The notes under the pieces: model-generated
Seen by the model: the letters and a program-made list of their open reading frames with translations, nothing else
Told to the model about the DNA's origin: nothing
Databases searched by the model: none
In this document: in pieces, positions 58,873-64,000 of the stretch
How positions within the stretch are numbered: the stretch's first letter is position 1
How the letters are laid out: the number at the start of each line of letters is the position of its first letter
Translations under genes and position numbers: made by a program
IMG/VR virus record: IMGVR_UViG_3300036770_005816
Coordinates: 32,001-96,000 of that record
From: a virus
Strand: one strand, 5' to 3'
DNA: 64,000 bases

Positions 58873-59324
58873 TTACCACCCAATACCACCTTCCCATTGA
58901 GGACGACAACAAGAAACCGATGCGCGACTCGGCGTTCTTCGTCGGCGACTACGGACACGAACTCGTGGCAACCGTGACCGACAAGACGCAAGACAGAACT
59001 ATCTCCGTCTACTGCGACGGCGAGATGCGTATCCACTTGTGGGAAACGAAAGAGGCGCGCGACCGAGGTGACGACCCCGAAGTCATCAGGTATGTGGACA
59101 GGCTGTTGGAAGCAGGTCTCACGAACGACGAACTTCTCGCGAAAGCGAACGAGGAGGAGCGTTTGGAGTGGGTGAACAACACTTGGTTCGACCTGTACGC
59201 AGACGCACCAAACGACCCTGAGCAGGGTTGGCTCAACGCTGTACACCACGACATCGTGGAAGCAGTAGAGCAGGCTCAGGCACTTATCAACGACGAAGAA
59301 ACATGGAAGGAACTCAACAAATGA
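58869..59324 (+). CDS. Hypothetical protein
   Basis: Coupled to upstream ORF. Confidence 0.6.
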   Translation: MITTQYHLPIEDDNKKPMRDSAFFVGDYGHELVATVTDKTQDRTISVYCDGEMRIHLWETKEARDRGDDPEVIRYVDRLLEAGLTNDELLAKANEEERLEWVNNTWFDLYADAPNDPEQGWLNAVHHDIVEAVEQAQALINDEETWKELNK

Positions 59325-59593
59325 AGATTTCAGACATCGTAGAACACCTGCAAGAGAAGTATTCACCGAACGAGGAAATCGTCATCGCATGGTGGGACAG
59401 AGACCTGTTCCCCAAGTATGACCCCGACAAGGACGACGACATACCGCTCACAAAGAAGGAGTGGACTCGCGCGTTGGAACTCATGGCGCGTGATTCGTCG
59501 GCGTGGTCAGACAACATCTCGGAGAAGATGTACGACTTCATCAAGTACTACACGGAGAAAGCAACAGAACAACTAGCAGAGGAGAACAAGTAA
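59321..59593 (+). CDS. Hypothetical protein
   Basis: ATGA overlap. Confidence 0.55.
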   Translation: MKISDIVEHLQEKYSPNEEIVIAWWDRDLFPKYDPDKDDDIPLTKKEWTRALELMARDSSAWSDNISEKMYDFIKYYTEKATEQLAEENK

Positions 59594-59832
59594 TGAGTAA
59601 TCAACATCAGCACACCGAGCACTACTTCGTGGTGGTCGGCATCGCAGACGAGGAAGGCAACATCTCGTTTCGCATAGACGGCGATACGGCGCAGGCTCGT
59701 TTCCCCGAAGGTTGTATTTGGACGGGAGACGAGTGGATTTCCGCTACACCAAGCGAGGAGTGGCTGTTGGAACGCGACAACGCGATTATCAAGGCTCTCG
59801 ACGACAAGTTCGACAAAGAGGTGAAGGTATGA
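59593..59832 (+). CDS. Hypothetical protein
   Basis: TAATG overlap, GAGGAG RBS. Confidence 0.55.
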   Translation: MSNQHQHTEHYFVVVGIADEEGNISFRIDGDTAQARFPEGCIWTGDEWISATPSEEWLLERDNAIIKALDDKFDKEVKV

Positions 59833-60176
59833 CCAAGAAGAAAGAAACACGCAAAGAACTCGACCCCGTGTTTGACGCGCGAGGAAACCGTGTGTGCGCT
59901 ATGGAAGGTTGCGTCACACGACTCTCCAAATACAACGACCATGTTGTGTGTCGCGCTCACACCGTTGAGTATGCGATAAACTATTTACCGATAGAGGAAC
60001 CTGTATGACCGAGCAAAGCAAGGCAACAGAACTTGTGGACAACGCTTTGAGAGAAATCTCAGGGCGCGACTTGGTATCCGCTAAGGAGATGACCGACCTG
60101 CTGTTGGACATCAGGCTGTACCTGATGAGCGAGGGCGAGAAAGCAAGCACGACACTAACCGAGTAAGGTGTAGGGC

Positions 60177-60374
60177 GTGAAAGTGACCTGTACCCTGTGT
60201 GGGGACGAACTAGACACCGCGACTATGGCGACCGTAGTGAAGGTCGTCGGGTGGGTTGAGTGGAAAGGCGACCGCGTTGTCGGCTCAGTCAAGAACCCTT
60301 CTGCCCCCGTCGGCTACGCACACAAGATGTGTGTCGACTCTCCACAGTCCCGAGACCAAATCACCCTGTTCTGA
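60177..60374 (+). CDS. Small Zn-binding hypothetical protein
   Basis: CTLC...HKMC. Confidence 0.5.
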   Translation: MKVTCTLCGDELDTATMATVVKVVGWVEWKGDRVVGSVKNPSAPVGYAHKMCVDSPQSRDQITLF

Positions 60375-60380
60375 CTTGTG

Positions 60381-60501
60381 AGTCCCGCGTTTCGCGCGCG
60401 GTAGCGGGGCTGTTGTGTGTGTGCTTGTGGTGCGGGACTTCTCGCGGGCGGGCGCGCCTGCGCGTGCGCGTGTGTGCGTGTTTCGTGACGGTGGCGGAAA
60501 G
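60381..60501 (+). repeat. Boundary element copy
   Basis: AGTCCCGC 60381, GCGGGACT 60432, 15-mer 60487. Confidence 0.8.
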
Positions 60502-60700
60502 CGAGCGCAGGTCGGGTTTGTTGGTGCGTTTGTTACCGTTCGGTAACTTACCGCTCGGTAACTTCGGTGTGACGAGCGTCTCTTGACTTCTCATCACACT
60601 TGCCGTATTATTGTGCGTAGTAATAGTGCCACCGAGTGGTGGGGACAGAAACGGGAAACCGTGTAACACCCCTTCCCTAATGTGGATAGCAAGAAGGACA

Positions 60701-60776
60701 TCACACGAACGAAAGTTCGTGCGTAATAGAGATACAAACTACTAGCCGACGAAAGTCGGGAAAGGCAAGAAACAAA
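60701..60776 (+). promoter_or_regulatory. Promoter with embedded LexA-type box + CTACTAG-hairpin leader
   Basis: TCACAC-GAACGAAAGTTC-GTGCGTAATA...CTACTAG-CCGAC-GAAA-GTCGG-GAAAGG. Confidence 0.75.
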
Positions 60777-61181
60777 ATGAAGCACAACATCACGGCTCTC
60801 ACGAGCGACTATCTCGCAAAGCGCGAGGCGGTGGAGACCGCAGAGAAGGCTCTCGCGCAAGCGGAGGCTCTCTTGAAGCAATCGTTCGCACAGAACGGTG
60901 TGGACTTCAACATCGTGAACGGCAAGAAAGTGTCGCTCATCAAGTCAATCCGAAACACTTACAGCGTGGAAGCGTTGAAGGGTCTCGTGTCCGACAAACT
61001 ATTCAAGAAGGTCACGAAGGTCACGGTTGACGGAACGAAGTTCAAGTCGGCGGTCGCTCTCGGAGACATCAAGCACGATGTCGCAGGCGCGGTCACGACC
61101 GAGACCGAGGTCGAGGCAATCCGCGTGTACGAAGTGGACGCGCAAGGCGCGGAAGTCAAGAAGGCGCGAAAGGTTGCGTGA
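60777..61181 (+). CDS. Hypothetical protein (possible Gam/host-nuclease-inhibitor-like coiled coil)
   Basis: N-terminal helix, KVTKVTVDGTKFKSAV pattern. Confidence 0.5.
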   Translation: MKHNITALTSDYLAKREAVETAEKALAQAEALLKQSFAQNGVDFNIVNGKKVSLIKSIRNTYSVEALKGLVSDKLFKKVTKVTVDGTKFKSAVALGDIKHDVAGAVTTETEVEAIRVYEVDAQGAEVKKARKVA

Positions 61182-61260
61182 ACTAGGCACGGTGTGGGGG
61201 GTCAATCCCCCCACGAAACCGTGTAACACCCCTGCCGTAAGGTGGTGGTCAGAAAGCAAG

Positions 61261-61343
61261 ACACACGAACGAAAGTTCGTGCGTAGTAATACCAACACAA
61301 ACTACTAGCCCGACAAAAGTCGGAGAAAGAAAAAGAGATAACA
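61261..61343 (+). promoter_or_regulatory. Promoter with embedded LexA-type box + CTACTAG-hairpin leader
   Basis: ACACAC-GAACGAAAGTTC-GTGCGTAGTAAT...CTACTAG-CCCGAC-AAAA-GTCGG-AGAAAG. Confidence 0.75.
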
Positions 61344-62081
61344 ATGGCTAATCAAGCAAAGGGTCGTCAAGACCTTCCACAATGTTGGAAGGATGTTGAG
61401 GACGCAATCAACGCAGGTGTTGACCGCATCATCTTGTTCGGTCCCCCAGGGACAGGCAAGACCTACGCAGGTCTCAACTACGGAGATGTCAACGCAGGCG
61501 CGTGGAGACTCATCTGCACCGAGGACATGACCAACGCGGATGTGACAGGACACTTCTTCCCGAACGCGCAAGGCGCGTGGACTTGGAACGAAGGCTCCGC
61601 TATCAAGGCGTGGCAGGGCGACGGTGAACGCGGTGGTCGTCTCGTTGTTGACGAGATTGACAAGGCAGGTGGCGATGTGTTCGCAACCTTGCTCGCGATG
61701 ACCGACTCACCTGAGTCAGCGAAGTGGGAGCATCCTGAGAACGGTCGCATCGTGCGACCGCGCGACGGTTTCTCGGTCATCATGACCACGAACATTGAGC
61801 AAATGGATGAACTACCTGAGGCGTTGAAGGACAGGTTCCCTGTCGCAATCCGCATCAACCAACCGCATCCTGACGCATTGGAAAAACTCTCTCCCGACCT
61901 ACGCAACTACGCGGTGCGTATGGCAGACGCAGGGGAACGGCGCATCTCGCTCCGAACCTTCTATGCGTTTGACAAACTCCGCAAGTCGTTGGGCGACGAG
62001 GAAGGCGCACGACTCGTGTTCGGCAAGAACGCAAAGTCGGTGTTGGACGCAATCGCGATTGACAAGTTGGAGGTGAAGTGA
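61344..62081 (+). CDS. MoxR/CbbQ-like AAA+ ATPase
   Basis: GPPGTGKT, LVVDEIDKA, MTTN, LPEALKDRF, ISLR. Confidence 0.88.
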   Translation: MANQAKGRQDLPQCWKDVEDAINAGVDRIILFGPPGTGKTYAGLNYGDVNAGAWRLICTEDMTNADVTGHFFPNAQGAWTWNEGSAIKAWQGDGERGGRLVVDEIDKAGGDVFATLLAMTDSPESAKWEHPENGRIVRPRDGFSVIMTTNIEQMDELPEALKDRFPVAIRINQPHPDALEKLSPDLRNYAVRMADAGERRISLRTFYAFDKLRKSLGDEEGARLVFGKNAKSVLDAIAIDKLEVK

Positions 62082-63613
62082 TGACCGCGACAAACTTGCA
62101 CAACCGTCCTCTCCCCGAACTCTTGGGGAGAAAGGACAAGGCAGATGACCTCGGAGCATGGGCAATCAAAGAGTGCAAACCTGTTCGTGGCGCACCGATG
62201 ACGAGTGTCGTTGACCGCGTGATGAATGTTCCGCACGGCGACGAGGCACTTGACCGCGTGGTTCGCGCTCACGAGATGGTTCACGCGAAGGTGTCCCCTG
62301 CGGATGACTTCCCGAAGTGGATTGAGCGCGGTATCGCTACCGAGACCGCGTTGCGAACCGTTGAGGAAGTGCGCGTCAACTACCTTGTCAAGAAGGCAGG
62401 GTTCGATGTTTCAATCCTCGCAGACGGTTCCGAACTTTCGTCAGGTGTTCTGCTCGCAGAACGCAACGATTGGGCATCGTGTGTCTACACGGCGGTCGGT
62501 TACGCAATCTGCGGAGGTGGCAAAGACTTCTTGACAGGTGTTCGTCGCGTCAATCGTGCGTGGGGCGCAACCTTGCGCGACATCGTGAAGCGTGTTGAGA
62601 AAGAGATGAAAGACGCAGACAAGGGTGGTGACTTGGCATCAACAGAAGTTGACGCTCGCACAGGTCTTGCTCCGCGCGGTTTCTCTCACACGGAACGCAT
62701 CGCGGAGTGGGTTGACCGTCTCGCTAATCCCCCAAAGGATGAGGACGAGAACGGCGAGGAGAACGGCGACGAGAACGGCGACGCTCAGGGCGACGCTCAG
62801 GACGGCGACGGTACTCAGGAAGGCGAAGGCAAAGAGACTCGCAAGAAAGGCAACGGTGCGAACAACGCGAAGCAAGGCGACAAACCTGCTCCGATTGACC
62901 CGAAGCAAATAAATCCTGCGGGTCGCGAGAGGGGTGCAATCCCAACTTGGGGCAAACTCATCACGCACAAACTTCCGTTGACTCGTCGCGCTAAGGGCGG
63001 TCTCGGTCGCAAGCGAACGGCGAACAACATCGGTCGCAATCCGCGTCGCATCGGCAACGCGCTCGTTGACCCTGAGCGTCGCGTCTTTGACAAACAAACC
63101 AAAGGCAACGGCGGTGTCGTGTTGATTGACGGAAGTGGCTCGATGTCGCTCTCGCACAAAGACATTCTCACGATTACTGAGAACGCACCAGGTTGCACGG
63201 TCGCGGTGTATTCCGCAGACAGGGACAATGTGAAACCGAACTTGCTAATCCTCGCGGAGAAGGGTCGCATGGTTGACAAACTTCCCGACCGCAACGGTGG
63301 CAACGGAGTGGACGGAGAAGCAATCCGTTGGGCAATCAAGCAACGGCAACGCTCGTCAACTCCTGTCGTTTGGATTACGGACGGACAAGTTCACGGTCTC
63401 GGCAACGGCGGTCAATGGGGTGGCTATCACGACATCCTCGCAATGGATTGCGTGACGCAAGCGTTGAAGGGCAATGTGTTCGTTGCACCTGATGTCGCGC
63501 GAGGCGTGGAAGTTCTCAAAGACTTGAAGAACGGACGCAAACCTCGCAAGTGGTATCCGTCTTGTTGGCAACAGACATACGAACGGCTAAACGGTCGGCG
63601 GTTGGGGAGATAA
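62078..63613 (+). CDS. VWA (MIDAS) protein with N-terminal HExxH domain and acidic linker; partner of AAA+ ATPase
   Basis: AHEMVH; LIDGSGSM (DxSxS); WITDG. Confidence 0.8.
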   Translation: MMTATNLHNRPLPELLGRKDKADDLGAWAIKECKPVRGAPMTSVVDRVMNVPHGDEALDRVVRAHEMVHAKVSPADDFPKWIERGIATETALRTVEEVRVNYLVKKAGFDVSILADGSELSSGVLLAERNDWASCVYTAVGYAICGGGKDFLTGVRRVNRAWGATLRDIVKRVEKEMKDADKGGDLASTEVDARTGLAPRGFSHTERIAEWVDRLANPPKDEDENGEENGDENGDAQGDAQDGDGTQEGEGKETRKKGNGANNAKQGDKPAPIDPKQINPAGRERGAIPTWGKLITHKLPLTRRAKGGLGRKRTANNIGRNPRRIGNALVDPERRVFDKQTKGNGGVVLIDGSGSMSLSHKDILTITENAPGCTVAVYSADRDNVKPNLLILAEKGRMVDKLPDRNGGNGVDGEAIRWAIKQRQRSSTPVVWITDGQVHGLGNGGQWGGYHDILAMDCVTQALKGNVFVAPDVARGVEVLKDLKNGRKPRKWYPSCWQQTYERLNGRRLGR

Positions 63614-63763
63614 TCCCCAACTTGCCTTTCAGTCGCACACTACCAAGTGTGTTATTCTGAGAGACGAGCGAGAGGGGCTTTTTCATCTCCTTTCACCCTC
63701 GGTCGTTCCGACGAACTCGGTGGCATCGTTCTAGTAGGCGATGTCCACCGAGTCTCGTTGTTT

Positions 63764-63973
63764 CTAGTCTCGTTTCCGTAAGCGCGTCGAGATACCCAAG
63801 TCAAAGTATCTGACTGCGATGAAGCACAACGAAGCAACGAGCGAGTCAATCCACGAGACATTCACGCCGAGCGCGTTCAATCCGTGATAGACGAAAAAAG
63901 AAAAGAACGAAAGACCCGCGACAAGTCCGAGAACGAAAGTGACAATCACACCAACAACTTTGGTGACGGTCAT
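63764..63973 (-). CDS. Small membrane protein
   Basis: Two hydrophobic helices. Confidence 0.5.
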   Translation of the reverse strand: MTVTKVVGVIVTFVLGLVAGLSFFSFFVYHGLNALGVNVSWIDSLVASLCFIAVRYFDLGISTRLRKRD

Positions 63974-64000
63974 ACGCTCACGAACATTGTCGTCTTGGTC

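Noticed and set aside
49882-60501. Classical integron or invertase system
   Set aside because: No tyrosine/serine recombinase in window and no GTTRRRY attC cores recognised; kept only as a hypothesis
53560-61330. CCGAC-N4-GTCGG repeats as a CRISPR array
   Set aside because: Copies are hundreds of bp apart, each precedes a start codon, both orientations; no cas genes
1-64000. tRNA/rRNA genes, reverse transcriptase/DGR, inteins or introns
   Set aside because: No cloverleaf, RT motif or split/interrupted nrdJ, helicase or capsid gene recognised by eye; tRNAscan/Infernal not run

Overview
Segment of a large tailed-phage genome (HK97-fold capsid), most likely infecting Actinobacteria (WhiB, actinobacterial-type SSB, GAAC-N4-GTTC LexA-type boxes). 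1-16.5 kb is a head-associated module of very large mosaic proteins (zincin protease, two HipA/PI3-4-kinase-like proteins, a Cys-repeat protein), most followed by a small coupled ORF, ending in the major capsid gene. 16.6-36 kb holds nucleotide metabolism, replication and modification genes (SNase, PTP phosphatase, NrdJ, two N4/N6 MTases, MazG, TauD, primase-helicase, WhiB) plus two more effector-like polyproteins. An abrupt strand-composition switch with a 20-bp-phased GAACATGTGTTY array sits at ~36.1 kb. 36-64 kb is an early/accessory region (ParB-like, RuvC-like, HNH, SSB, DUF932, SNF2 helicase, AAA+/VWA) where many small genes carry the same promoter + CTACTAG-hairpin leader, and gene blocks are separated by a co-oriented AGTCCCGC..GCGGGACT..GACGGTGGCGGAAAG element. 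Best novel-system candidates: (i) tagged, probably protease-processed, capsid-associated polymorphic effector/immunity proteins; (ii) the modular promoter-RNA-leader cassette array with its boundary elements. All calls come from motif reading by eye; no searches were run.
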